Below, piece after piece: positions 18,901-27,804 of a DNA stretch of 63,099 bases. The position numbers and the translations under genes are program-made. The notes under the pieces were generated by a model. It did no database searches. It was not told the origin of the DNA and saw nothing but the letters and a program-made list of their open reading frames with translations. Position 1 is the first letter of the stretch. Every line of letters starts with the position of its first letter. Origin of the DNA: Kiritimatiellia bacterium (GTDB lineage Bacteria; Verrucomicrobiota; Kiritimatiellia; RFP12; UBA1067); contig JAGCVN010000106.1 of assembly GCA_017962315.1 (NCBI GenBank), positions 1-63,099 on the forward strand. Reading direction: 5' to 3'.

Positions 18901-21845
18901 AACTTGCCGCCGCAGTCGGAGCGAACTTCCTCCAGACGCACGTCACGGCAGACTCCAATCCCGCGTTCGTCTTCATCAGCGCGGGCGGCGAGGGCTGCAA
19001 CGTCGATCTCTCGCGTTTCCCGAATTGCCGTCTTGGCACGATTGGCAACGTCTCCATCACGCAGACCGGCACGGTGGCCCCGCGTGACGGCGAATACACG
19101 CTCGGCGGAGGAAACACGACGTACACCTCCAGTTACACCGGTCTCAAGCCCGGCGTGCTTGCCGACGTGGGCGGCGCGACGGCGGTCGTTGTTGATCGCC
19201 CGGGACTGGTCAACCTCTCCAACTCCGCCAACACCTACTCCGGCGGAACGGTGATCACGAACGCCGGCAGGGTTTTCGTGGCCGGTGCCGACGGCTTCGG
19301 CGCCGTGCCGGCGGTGTTCGATGCGCGAAACATCGTGGTGGACGGCGGCGTCGTGCGTCAAGGCAACGCCAACACCACGCTCAACGCCAAGCGCGGCATC
19401 TGGGTGGGAGAGAACGGAATGACGCTGCACGCCTGGGGCGGTTACACGCTCACGGTGCCGGGCGGACTTGGCGGCACGGGCGCATTCACGATTACCGACA
19501 GCGGACATCTCTCGCTCACGGGGCCCGCCAACACCTACAACGGAGCATTCAAGGTGAGCAACGCCGGCACAATCTTCACCATCGGCGGCGCAGATGCGTT
19601 CTCGTGGGCGTCAACGGGCGGAATATCCTCGCCCGGCACGGTCGTGCTGAACACACCGAATGATGCAACGTTCTCCGACGTCGTGAGCGGCACGGGTGCG
19701 CTGAAGAAGCAGGGGGCCGGCACGCTCACGCTCGCCCAGGCCCAGACCTTAACCGGCGCAACGACGGTCGAGGCGGGAACCTTGCGCCTTGCGACGTCCG
19801 GTCTGCTCGCCTCCACGGCATCCATCAACAACAAGTCCGACATCTTCGTGGATTTCGCCGGCAGCGCAACGGACGCCTTCGGCAACGCGCCCATCTACGG
19901 CCCCGGTACCGTCAGGTTCGCCGGCGGCAGCAACACGACGATAGACAGGCCGGTTCCTGGCGTGGACGAACTGTCCGCAGAGAACGGCGCCACGCTTGAC
20001 TACAAGGTCGCCGGATCGGTGCCCGTCACGGTGGAGGACGCCACGCTTGCGCTTTACGGGACGGGCGCCGGCACGGCCGTGTCCGGCTTCTCCGACTTCA
20101 AGCTGAACGGAACGGCAACGCTGATTGACGACAACGAACTGCAGCTCACGCCTGCGGAGACGTACAAGGGCGCGTCTGCGTTCTGGAGGAAGCGCGTGAG
20201 CGTGACGCGTCCGTGGGTCGCGAGCTTTACCTACAAGACGGTGGATGTCCCGAATTCCCCTGCGGACGGCTTCACGTTCTTCCTGCACAACGGCGCAAGC
20301 GCCCTTGATGCGCTAGGTGCCACTGGCGGCGCCCTCGGCGTGAGCGGCATCACGCCTTCCGTCGGTGCGGCGTACAACATCCACCAGACCGACTCGGCCG
20401 GCTGGATCAGCAACGGCAGCAAGACGGGCTTGAACACGGCGCTTGGCGGGATATCCATTCAGGGCGGTGTGGACGTATGCGTGACATACGACGGCGAAGG
20501 CACGCTCGTGCAGCATATCTATTCAGGGAACAAGTTCGTGGCGTTCACGAACAATGTCAACCTTCTCACGGCGCTTGGGGCCTCCACTGCTTGGATTGGC
20601 TTCTCCGGTGCAACGGGCGGATCCGTCTGCGACCAGCGCATTACGAACTTCCGCTTCTCGCAGGCGGATACGGCGGCGGGCGTGTTCGACATCTCTCCGT
20701 CGAATGAAACCTCCAAGTGGCGGATCATCCAGAATGCCGTGTACGAGCCGATCGACGGCAAGCCCGCATTCCGCGTCACCGACTCGACGACGTACCAGAC
20801 GGGCGCGGTGACGCGCCTCGAACGCGTGTACGTGGGCGCGCCGTTCAAGATCCGCGGCACGTATCACTTCACCCACCCCGCCAGCGGCTCTTCCGCCGAT
20901 GGCGCGGCCGTGTTCCTCCACGTCAACTCGCCGATGATCGTCGCAGAGGGTGGCGGCTCGCTTGGAGTGGCGGGGACTGGTCACAACAATGCCAAGTTCA
21001 CCACTGCCGTTGGGTGGGCGATCAAGCTCCATAAAGTATCCGCGATTGCGCCCATCAAGAATGGGGCGATCGGCACGGCCGTTACGTCGCTGAACGGCGT
21101 CAACCAGAAGAACACGCACCCGATGGACTTCGTTGTGTCCTACACGCCGGGACGTCTTTCGATCACCGTGACGCAGGACGGCAATACGGCGACGTTTTCG
21201 CAGGATGTGGATCTCGCACAGGCGTTCGGCGAGAAGTTCGCCTGGCTCTCGTTCTCCGGCGGAACGGGGGCTGCGGTCGCGCGGCAGTACCTCTACGACC
21301 TTTCGCTGGAGTACGAGACGGGCGATTCATCGGGCGCGGCGGGGTATGGCGACGTGACGTTCAAGGGGAACGACGCGCTGCGTGTGGCGGCCGGGGCCAA
21401 TGACGCCGTAGAGGTGAGAACCGTCACGTTCGCGGACAATGCCGCCGTGAGCGTGAGCGCGTCCGGCGCGTCCAACCAGCCCTACACCCTGCGGGCGGAC
21501 AGGATCGAGTTCGACGTTACCGGCGCGGACGCGGCGCCCTCGATCAGCCTTGCGGCGAACGGCACGGCTGCTGGCACGCTTGAGATCGGAACTGTGGCAT
21601 ACGGCGCGTCGCCGTCCATGCTCAAGATCACGGGCGCGGTGAGCGGAATCAACGGCGGGAAGATCAGGATTGAGATGCCCGTGTTCTCCGGGCGTGTGCC
21701 GCTGCTCGACCTGACGGATGCGACAGGGATTTCACTTGAGGGTTTCGAGCTGGTGACCGAAACAAAACCGCCAGTCGTGTTGCGCTTGACGAACGGAATC
21801 CTCAGCGCCATCCACAACACGGGCACATACATCATCGTCCGCTGA
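15972..21845 (+). CDS. Large secreted/surface protein: DUF2341 + LamG/ConA-like + autotransporter-associated beta-strand repeats + two legume-lectin-like domains
   Basis: FPVLIRL..GADLRF..LPHEIDTWD..VWVKVP (DUF2341); FLGDMDEIRIY (LamG); LVKTGSGTL, NTYSGGT, LKKQGAGTLTL repeats; ADGFTF...WIGFSGATGG and ADGAAV...LSFSGGTG (L-lectin). Confidence 0.8.
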   Translation: MQTKQTSGKVAFCVALIAAACAYGVGLDLAPFSRTCTFTVSGYQGATALDGFPVLIRLSESISGFSYADCDANGADLRFTDATGELLPHEIDTWDTSGESSVWVKVPTLSGTATAVHLYYGVGDPTTLPAVNARDVWTKYITVVHGGTGLSDSSPKALAVANGGGVSATAGSGIVGGGVHKPTANTIGLNVPNPIKNNTLADKTRFSFSAWYRSAGAGTTSGTAIIAASKGTWGGTGYLLICEGGKYMSVAVQSTHQGTSGKGALVKDQWAHVAFSYVTTGSVNTYFDGTSVYSNASAKSLDDEGKNNWTVGGYAMTTHTSNFLGDMDEIRIYDGIASADWIKAEHDSVANASFAVAGAATANSAWDCAGRVLSARQTADGIRVTGTLARLASSASSVSVSLKWGVTTALEGGTVAAGELTAPGDFSATFPGTMAGTTYHFAFVLTPDQGNEVTTGVSTFLNSGAGVLWRPQTANDTWNTASWQLGAQTTEFTAGWPVTFDGAEQNYVETITAPSAVETASMSVGGTKDYTLSGGPILADELVKTGSGTLKPKTAFAEPLNFDVREGVVAYDASFNFGSSAVAGTSTLVLGGGVNEARISSNKELCFARGAGSSADVTVKTNGMIVIDANSTWLRFGAEPGANCTVVVEKGGYLESGMLMFGSQGANCTARVAGTVVVRQYPLGVGEGSNTSLVLEPGGRIKARGMQMWNNSPTWSGHTGQSTLHVHDGVLELYPVASYATTSPILNTALHVTYEDAITFDIPSGGASYVLAALTNVTENGTAHLVKTGGGDLTVSGDLGGISGEIDVLAGCLTFTKFFAADADVTINVAEGAYVSGDIVGGAENILKFISKDSRGTLVLHGNNANETIDLSEYPNLKLAIWNGSGFNGKIIPYGNHYVFDMFGQTGVLNTPVADTNGIPARITITDSVGGGVMTLAADNSEMSGPIEVSGDVSLRLAHAHAAGTGNVTLGEGVSIELAAAVGANFLQTHVTADSNPAFVFISAGGEGCNVDLSRFPNCRLGTIGNVSITQTGTVAPRDGEYTLGGGNTTYTSSYTGLKPGVLADVGGATAVVVDRPGLVNLSNSANTYSGGTVITNAGRVFVAGADGFGAVPAVFDARNIVVDGGVVRQGNANTTLNAKRGIWVGENGMTLHAWGGYTLTVPGGLGGTGAFTITDSGHLSLTGPANTYNGAFKVSNAGTIFTIGGADAFSWASTGGISSPGTVVLNTPNDATFSDVVSGTGALKKQGAGTLTLAQAQTLTGATTVEAGTLRLATSGLLASTASINNKSDIFVDFAGSATDAFGNAPIYGPGTVRFAGGSNTTIDRPVPGVDELSAENGATLDYKVAGSVPVTVEDATLALYGTGAGTAVSGFSDFKLNGTATLIDDNELQLTPAETYKGASAFWRKRVSVTRPWVASFTYKTVDVPNSPADGFTFFLHNGASALDALGATGGALGVSGITPSVGAAYNIHQTDSAGWISNGSKTGLNTALGGISIQGGVDVCVTYDGEGTLVQHIYSGNKFVAFTNNVNLLTALGASTAWIGFSGATGGSVCDQRITNFRFSQADTAAGVFDISPSNETSKWRIIQNAVYEPIDGKPAFRVTDSTTYQTGAVTRLERVYVGAPFKIRGTYHFTHPASGSSADGAAVFLHVNSPMIVAEGGGSLGVAGTGHNNAKFTTAVGWAIKLHKVSAIAPIKNGAIGTAVTSLNGVNQKNTHPMDFVVSYTPGRLSITVTQDGNTATFSQDVDLAQAFGEKFAWLSFSGGTGAAVARQYLYDLSLEYETGDSSGAAGYGDVTFKGNDALRVAAGANDAVEVRTVTFADNAAVSVSASGASNQPYTLRADRIEFDVTGADAAPSISLAANGTAAGTLEIGTVAYGASPSMLKITGAVSGINGGKIRIEMPVFSGRVPLLDLTDATGISLEGFELVTETKPPVVLRLTNGILSAIHNTGTYIIVR

Positions 21846-21892
21846 CCCGGTCCTTGCCGGGAAAAGCCGCCTTCCAGACGGCTTGACTGGGA

Positions 21893-21913
21893 CAACGGGC
21901 GTCCCGCCCGTTG
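21893..21913. repeat. REP-like perfect palindrome CAACGGGCG-TCC-CGCCCGTTG
   Basis: 9-bp GC-rich stem downstream of the large gene; may double as a terminator. Confidence 0.6.
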
Positions 21914-22012
21914 AAAATTTTTCGTCTGCGCTTTCATTCATCCTGCCGATTTGATATATTTCTCCCCGCCATGTTGAGGCAATCGTTTACAGACTTCATG
22001 TAAAGCGGGACG

Positions 22013-22309
22013 ATGAAGATGGCGAAGAATTTGGCTAAAGAACAAAATGCGATGTCTGCGGCGAGCGTTTTCAAGGCGATTGACAATGTTTTGAAGAAGT
22101 ATGAACCGGCGTTGCCCAGGCGGTTGCGGTGGAGCGAGTGGGCCTATCCGCTGGATGCCGAGGGCAAGCCCTCGGCTTACTGGACAGTTGACCCGGCGAA
22201 GATCGACCGGGAGACCTTCGATCTTTCGGTGGTGAACCCCAACATCGAGGAGGAGAAGCTGCCGTCCGCGGCGGAGTGCAAGGCGATTCTGAAGGAGGCG
22301 TTTGAATGA
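22013..22309 (+). pseudogene. hsdM: Internally deleted type I R-M methyltransferase (HsdM) shell
   Basis: FKAIDNVL and RWSEWAYP..DAEGK resemble the HsdM N-terminus; WTVD..IDRETFDLSVVNPN resembles the HsdM C-terminus; no DPACGTGG or NPPF catalytic motifs. Confidence 0.6.
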
Positions 22310-23487
22310 GGGCGCCGGGGAATTCGCAAGGGCAAGCCCGGGATTCGCAAGGGCAAGCCCTTGCTTCAGGACAGCGGGGCAGCGAAGCGGCACGACAGCC
22401 GGGCGGGCTTTCCCGGTCGCGTGGGCCTGCCCATGCGACTAAAAACAGCGCCGGCCACTTTCGCCGCTTTCACGGCTACGACTATTCGCGTGGCGCGGCG
22501 CTGTTCATTACCATCGTCGTCGAGCCGAGGCGGCCGCTGTTCGGCGCGATTCGCGACGCCAGGCTCGTGAAGACGCCGCTTGGCGAGGCCGTGGCGCGGC
22601 GGCTTCGGGAAATCGGCGAGTTCCCCGGCATTCGGCTTTTCAACTCGGTGGTGATGACCGACCACGTTCATCTTCAGCTTCATCTTCGCGCAGGGCTTGC
22701 CGAGCCGTTGACGACGCTCGGGCGGGCGATCGGGAGCTTCAAGAGCCTGTGCGCCAAGGACTACCACGAAATCTGCGGAGAGTCGGGCTCCCTGTGGCAG
22801 CAGGGTTACCACGACTGGCTCTGCCAGTCAAAGGAAATGATCGCGGCGGTCAACCGCTATATCGACTACAATCCGCTCAAGTACGAGCTTCGCTGGAATC
22901 AGCCCGAGTTCCTCGCGATTCATGAGCCGCTCGCCGCGTGGCGGCTTTCGACCGACGAGTTCTGGCGCGGCATCGGGGCGGTCGAGCTTCTGAATTGCGA
23001 AACGCCGATGGTTGCTCTGCGTATCAGCCGCAAGCTGTCGGCGCGGCAGATTGACGAGGCCGTTCGCCGCATTCAGGCGAAGATCGGCGATTATGTTTTC
23101 ATCGGCGGCTGGATCAGCCCGGGCGAGAAGGCGATCCGCGATCTGCTGTTAGGCGACCCGCGCGGCAAGATCATCGAGATTCTGCCGTCGGCGATACCCC
23201 ACGACTACAAGGTCGGCAGTATGTGGCTGGAGGCGATTCGCGACCGCCGCGCCGCCATCATCGCGAGGGGCAACAGCGAGGTCGAGTTTTCGCGCGCGGC
23301 CTGCCTCGATCTCAACGCGGAGGCGGCGAAGATTTCGCAAGGGCAAGCCCTTGCGACAGGAGAGCGGGTCGGGCTTTCCCGGTCGCATGGGCAAGCTCTT
23401 GCGAAAGGAGAGCGGGGCGGCGAAACGGCGGCTCGGGCAGGCTGGGCGGTTTACTGGAAGGCCACTGGGCCGGAGGTGGTTTCTTGA
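22306..23487 (+). CDS. REP-associated HUH tyrosine transposase (RAYT/TnpA-REP, Y1) with a C-terminal DprA/SLOG-like domain
   Basis: RFHGYDYS..FITIV, VVMTDHVH (HUH), SFKS, LWQQGYHD, YIDYNP (catalytic Tyr); C-terminal VALRISR..VFIGGWISPGEK..IIEIL..SRAACLDLN. Confidence 0.8.
   Translation: MRAPGNSQGQARDSQGQALASGQRGSEAARQPGGLSRSRGPAHATKNSAGHFRRFHGYDYSRGAALFITIVVEPRRPLFGAIRDARLVKTPLGEAVARRLREIGEFPGIRLFNSVVMTDHVHLQLHLRAGLAEPLTTLGRAIGSFKSLCAKDYHEICGESGSLWQQGYHDWLCQSKEMIAAVNRYIDYNPLKYELRWNQPEFLAIHEPLAAWRLSTDEFWRGIGAVELLNCETPMVALRISRKLSARQIDEAVRRIQAKIGDYVFIGGWISPGEKAIRDLLLGDPRGKIIEILPSAIPHDYKVGSMWLEAIRDRRAAIIARGNSEVEFSRAACLDLNAEAAKISQGQALATGERVGLSRSHGQALAKGERGGETAARAGWAVYWKATGPEVVS
22324..22439. repeat. 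Three REP palindromes (consensus TCGCAAGGGC-AA-GCCCTTGCGA) at the 5' end of the RAYT gene
   Basis: Copies at 22324-22339 (truncated), 22345-22364 and 22416-22439 (GTCGCGTGGGC-CT-GCCCATGCGAC). Confidence 0.8.
23335..23404. repeat. Two REP palindromes at the 3' end of the RAYT gene
   Basis: Perfect TCGCAAGGGCAAGCCCTTGCGA at 23335-23356 and variant TCGCATGGGCAAGCTCTTGCGA at 23383-23404, the latter preceded by the same GGGCTTTCCCGG as the 22416 copy. Confidence 0.85.
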
Positions 23488-23521
23488 TGACACCGCTTGC
23501 GGTGTCCGGTAGGAGCGAATT

Positions 23522-25888
23522 ATGAACGAAGCACAAGTTCGACACGATCTGATAGATCCGGCGCTGAGGGCGGCGGGGTGGGAGTCGCTGCCGGCGAAGG
23601 TGGCGGTCGAGCAGACGATTGCGCCGGGGCCTGTCAGCCAGGAGGACGGGCAGAGCCACAATCCCGAATTCGCCGACTATGTGCTAATGTACGGCAACCG
23701 GCGGATTGCAGTCGTGGAGGCGAAGGCGTCTGACAAGAACTACCGCGCGGGCGAGGCGCAGGCGCGGAAGTATGCCGCGGCGCTGGGGGTCCGGTTCGCC
23801 TACGCGACGAACGGCTCGCTGGTCTTCTGCATGGACCTCACGCTCGGCACCACTTCGACGGTCGAACTGGACGGCTTCCCGACGCCGACCGAGCTGATGT
23901 CGGTGTTGGACAAGGAAACGGTCTCGCTCTTAGAGAAGATTTGCCGCGAAATCCCGTGGTCGTTCGCGGGCAACCGCGGCATCCGCTATTACCAGGAGCG
24001 GGCGGTCGAGGGCGTCATCAAGGCGCTCGCCTCGGGCAGGAAGAACGCGCTTATCACGCTCGCGACCGGAACGGGCAAGACGTTCATCGCCTATCAGCTT
24101 TGCCACAAGCTTGTCGCGGCGAAGTGGACGCGGCAGGGGATGGGGCTTCGCAAGCCGCGCATCCTCTTTTTGACCGACCGCAACATCCTTGCGGACCAGG
24201 CGCTCGACAGCTTTGCGTTCGCCGAGGGGGATTGCTATCGGCTCAAGGCGGCGGTGGACAACCCGCCGCTGGACCGCATCGTCTATTTCACGCTCTACCA
24301 GACGCTGCTGGGCGGGGAGGGCGAATGCGAGAATGCGGCCGAGGGCGAGGCCGAGAAGCCGAAGGTGAAGTTCGAGAAGTTTCCGCGGGACTTCTTCGAC
24401 CTCGTCATCATCGACGAGTGTCACCGCGGCGGGGCGAACGACGAAAGCGAATGGCATGCGGTGCTTGAGTATTTCGCAAGCGCGTCGCACGTGGGGCTGA
24501 CGGCCACGCCGAAATGTGACACCAACCGCGATACCTACAAGTATTTCGGCAAGCCGGTTTACACCTATTCGCTTCGTCAGGGCATTGAGGACGGATTCCT
24601 CACGCCCTACCGCGTCAAGAAGTGCGAATCGACGATTAAGGACTACAGGAAGGTCGACGGGGACAGGATATCCGATCCGAAGAAGGTGGATGAGAACGTC
24701 ACCTATTCGCCGGACAAGATTCAGCGCGAGCATTTCGTGATTCCGAAGCGTGACAGCCACATGGTCGAGGAGCTGTTCAAGGTGATGCCGTTCGACCAGA
24801 AGGCGCTGGTGTTCTGCGCGACTCAGGAACACGCGGCGATCATCGCTCAGGCGATTCGCGAGGAGGCGAAGAATCACGGCATTGACTATCCGCATTACTG
24901 CGAGCGTGTGACGGCGGATGACGGCGCGACGGGCGACCAGTATCTCCGCGAGTTCCGCAACTCCGACCTGCCGGTGCCGACGATTCTCACGACGAGCCAG
25001 AAACTGACGACGGGGGTGGACGCCTGCAATGTCCGCTCGATTGTGCTGATGCGCGAGGTGAAGAGTCTGGTGGAGTTCAAGCAGATCATTGGACGCGGCA
25101 CCCATCTTTATGAGGGCAAGCCGTATTTCGTCATCTATGATTTCACGGATGCGAGCGATCGGTTCCAAGATGACGGCTGGGACGGGCCGACGATTTGCCC
25201 GAAGTGCGGGCGTGCGCCGTGCGTATGCGAGAAGGGCCTGCCCAAACCGCCGCGGCCGAAGCAGGTCTGCAAGGTCTGCGGATGCAGCCCGTGTGTCTGC
25301 CCCAAGCCGCCGAAGAAGTCCGTGACAATCGACCTCTGGGACGGAAGGCAGATTTCCGCGACCTGGGAGGACAAGGTCATTCTCGACAACGAGATGCTGG
25401 ATGTGAAGGAGTTTCTGGTCCGTTTTGCGAATGCAATCCGTCGTTTCACCAAGGACGAGAACGGACTCCGCGGCAAATGGCAGGAGATGGAGGATCGGGG
25501 CAATCTGCTTGAGGAACTGGCCGCTTTGGGCTTTACCGAGGAGAAGCTGCGCGAGATCCAGCAGAAGACCGAACGGCAGGAGTACGATGTCCTTGATGTC
25601 ACTCTTGATCTCGTGTATGCCGTTGCGCCGATCAAGCGGGCGATGAGGGCGGAACGCCTTGCGGAGAAGCTGGCCTTGCTCACTCCGCAGCAGCGGGCAC
25701 TTGCCGAGGTGATTCTGCGCAACTATGTGAATGATGGGGTCTGGACACTCTCGATGAAGGGTTTCAGCGATCTCCTAAAGCAGCGCTACGGTTCCATCTC
25801 CGAAGCGCTGTCGAAGTTGTCCTTCCCGACGCTCGATCACGCGTTGAACTATTATTCCGACATCCAGCACTGGCTCTACGCCGCGTAG
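23522..25888 (+). CDS. hsdR: Type I restriction endonuclease subunit R (EcoEI/EcoAI-like)
   Basis: Nuclease ADYVL..VEAK; helicase RYYQ, LATGTGKT, IIDECHRG, GLTATP, LTTGVD, KQIIGRGT; twin CxxCGxxPCVC motifs; ends WLYAA. Confidence 0.88.
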   Translation: MNEAQVRHDLIDPALRAAGWESLPAKVAVEQTIAPGPVSQEDGQSHNPEFADYVLMYGNRRIAVVEAKASDKNYRAGEAQARKYAAALGVRFAYATNGSLVFCMDLTLGTTSTVELDGFPTPTELMSVLDKETVSLLEKICREIPWSFAGNRGIRYYQERAVEGVIKALASGRKNALITLATGTGKTFIAYQLCHKLVAAKWTRQGMGLRKPRILFLTDRNILADQALDSFAFAEGDCYRLKAAVDNPPLDRIVYFTLYQTLLGGEGECENAAEGEAEKPKVKFEKFPRDFFDLVIIDECHRGGANDESEWHAVLEYFASASHVGLTATPKCDTNRDTYKYFGKPVYTYSLRQGIEDGFLTPYRVKKCESTIKDYRKVDGDRISDPKKVDENVTYSPDKIQREHFVIPKRDSHMVEELFKVMPFDQKALVFCATQEHAAIIAQAIREEAKNHGIDYPHYCERVTADDGATGDQYLREFRNSDLPVPTILTTSQKLTTGVDACNVRSIVLMREVKSLVEFKQIIGRGTHLYEGKPYFVIYDFTDASDRFQDDGWDGPTICPKCGRAPCVCEKGLPKPPRPKQVCKVCGCSPCVCPKPPKKSVTIDLWDGRQISATWEDKVILDNEMLDVKEFLVRFANAIRRFTKDENGLRGKWQEMEDRGNLLEELAALGFTEEKLREIQQKTERQEYDVLDVTLDLVYAVAPIKRAMRAERLAEKLALLTPQQRALAEVILRNYVNDGVWTLSMKGFSDLLKQRYGSISEALSKLSFPTLDHALNYYSDIQHWLYAA

Positions 25889-25952
25889 TGGGCAAAGTGA
25901 TGAAGGTGGTTCATCGAGTTCATGCTTGTTGCACTGCGGGATGCATTGGTCG

Positions 25953-26275
25953 GCGGATGGGCGCACCGTGTGCGGCGAGGGGACGAACGCGCCGCCGAGG
26001 TATGTGCCCGCGATGCTTTCCAATGGCAGTCTGTGCATGACCGTCGATTTCAGCGGCGGGGTGTCCGCGCCGAAGAAGGAACGCCGGCGGGGAATGTCCA
26101 ACGGGATTTTCATCCTGGGGAAGAGGATGGGCGGCCCGAAATACGCACTTTACGGACACGGCTGGTGCCGTCCGACACTCAAGGTCGACGGAACGTTCCT
26201 TGACGTGCCGGGGCGCTGGAGCCAGTCGCTCGACCCGACGGTGGCGAAGACTACCGTCGTGAGTAAGTTCGGCGA
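25953..26275 (+). pseudogene. Truncated duplicate of the 5' part of the downstream glycosidase gene (direct repeat of 27871-28193)
   Basis: About 323 bp near-identical to 27871-28193 (ADGRTVCGEGTNAPP...VVSxFGD); similarity stops at 26275. Confidence 0.85.
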
Positions 26276-26361
26276 TATAGTCCAGATGTTGCAAAAATCG
26301 ACTCGCATACATTCCGAAAAGTTGCAAATTCTTCTGTTGGATGAGTTCAAAAAGTTGCATA

Positions 26362-26391
26362 TTGACAATCTGCTTAGGTATTTGATACAAT
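26362..26391 (+). promoter_or_regulatory. Sigma-70-type promoter
   Basis: TTGACA-18-TACAAT with extended -10 TG. Confidence 0.6.
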
Positions 26392-26418
26392 TTTTCCATC
26401 TTGGAAACAGGAGTTTCA

Positions 26419-27747
26419 ATGGTAGAACTCAAGCGAAAATTCTATGACAGATTGATGCAATGGAAAACCACACGGCATCAGGAGTGCCTTCTTGTCAAAG
26501 GCGCTCGGCAGATTGGAAAGACCTTCATCATCGAAAAGTTCGGACGGGAACAGTACGAGAGTTTCATTGAGTTCAACTTCATCCTGGATCCGGACGCCTG
26601 TTCAATATTCGACGGAAGCCTCAAGGCGGAAGATCTCTATCGGAAGATCTCCGCATACGATGCGTCGCGACGTCTCTTGCCAGGTCGGACACTGATTTTC
26701 CTCGACGAGATACAGGAGTGCGCGAATGCGCGGACGGCATTGAAGTCGTTCGCGCTGGACGGGCGCTACGATGTCATCGCCTCGGGCTCTCTGCTTGGAA
26801 TCAAGTACAAGAACAAAAAGAACCGTGTCCGACACGAACCGAAGTCCATTCCAGTCGGATACGAACGGCAGATTACGATGCATTCCCTTGATTTCGAGGA
26901 ATTCCTCTGGGCGAGGGGCGTGACGGAAGAGGCCATCGAAGTGTTGCGGGGGTACTGTGCGCGGCGCGAGGTTGTTCCCGACGCGGTGAACCGCAAGTAT
27001 TTGGACTTATTGAGGGAGTATATGATTGTCGGTGGCATGCCGGCTGTCGTGAAGGCGTATGTCGAAGTCGGGGATTTTGGCCCGGTGCAGGAGGAACAGG
27101 AGAAGATACTCGCTTCGTATATCGACGACATCCACAAGTACGCGGACACGACCGACATTCCGAAGATTGAAGCCTGCTACCGCGCGATCCCGCGTCTTCT
27201 GGCAAAGGAGAACCGAAAGTTCAAGTATGCGGAGGTGGAGAAAGGCGGCAGCGAACGCAAGTACGCCTCCTCCGTGGATTGGCTCTGCGATGCTTCGTTC
27301 GCCTCCCGTGCGCAGAACGTCACGGTGACGGAAGTGCCGCTCAACGTGCAAGTCCGCGATGGATGGTTCAAGTTGTACCTTTCTGACATCGGCCTACTCT
27401 CGGCCTTGTATGGCACGGAAACGAAAGGGCTTCTGTACTCCGGAAGACTGAAAGGAAATGCGAAGGGCGGCCTTTACGAGAATCTGATCGCCGGTGTGCT
27501 TGACCGTAAGGGCATCCCGCTTTACTACTTCAAAAGCGAGGACGGCGCACGTGAAGTCGAGTTTGCGATTGAGCGCGATGGCGGAATCGTGCCGGTCGAG
27601 GTCAAGGCGTTCAATGGCGCGACCATTTCGCTGAACGAGGCCCTTGAGAATCCGCAGGTGCCGTACGGATACAAGTTCATTGACGGAAATGTCGGTGTTT
27701 CAGGAAAAAAGATCACGTTGCCGCACTACATGGCAATGTTCATCTGA
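26419..27747 (+). CDS. AAA_14 + DUF4143 family ATP-binding protein
   Basis: ATG 26419 with AGGAG RBS; GARQIGKT, IFLDEIQ, ASGSLLG, VGGMP, KLYLSDIGL, YEN, EVEF..PVEVK (PD-(D/E)xK-like). Confidence 0.9.
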   Translation: MVELKRKFYDRLMQWKTTRHQECLLVKGARQIGKTFIIEKFGREQYESFIEFNFILDPDACSIFDGSLKAEDLYRKISAYDASRRLLPGRTLIFLDEIQECANARTALKSFALDGRYDVIASGSLLGIKYKNKKNRVRHEPKSIPVGYERQITMHSLDFEEFLWARGVTEEAIEVLRGYCARREVVPDAVNRKYLDLLREYMIVGGMPAVVKAYVEVGDFGPVQEEQEKILASYIDDIHKYADTTDIPKIEACYRAIPRLLAKENRKFKYAEVEKGGSERKYASSVDWLCDASFASRAQNVTVTEVPLNVQVRDGWFKLYLSDIGLLSALYGTETKGLLYSGRLKGNAKGGLYENLIAGVLDRKGIPLYYFKSEDGAREVEFAIERDGGIVPVEVKAFNGATISLNEALENPQVPYGYKFIDGNVGVSGKKITLPHYMAMFI

Positions 27748-27804
27748 TTTGGTCGCCGTCCCGGGTGCCTATCTGTTTGCCGATTAGACGATGGGAAAAT
27801 AACA

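Noticed and set aside
22324-23404. Palindromic repeats as a possible CRISPR array
   Set aside because: Irregular spacing, only two or three per cluster, no cas genes; they fit REP elements beside a RAYT
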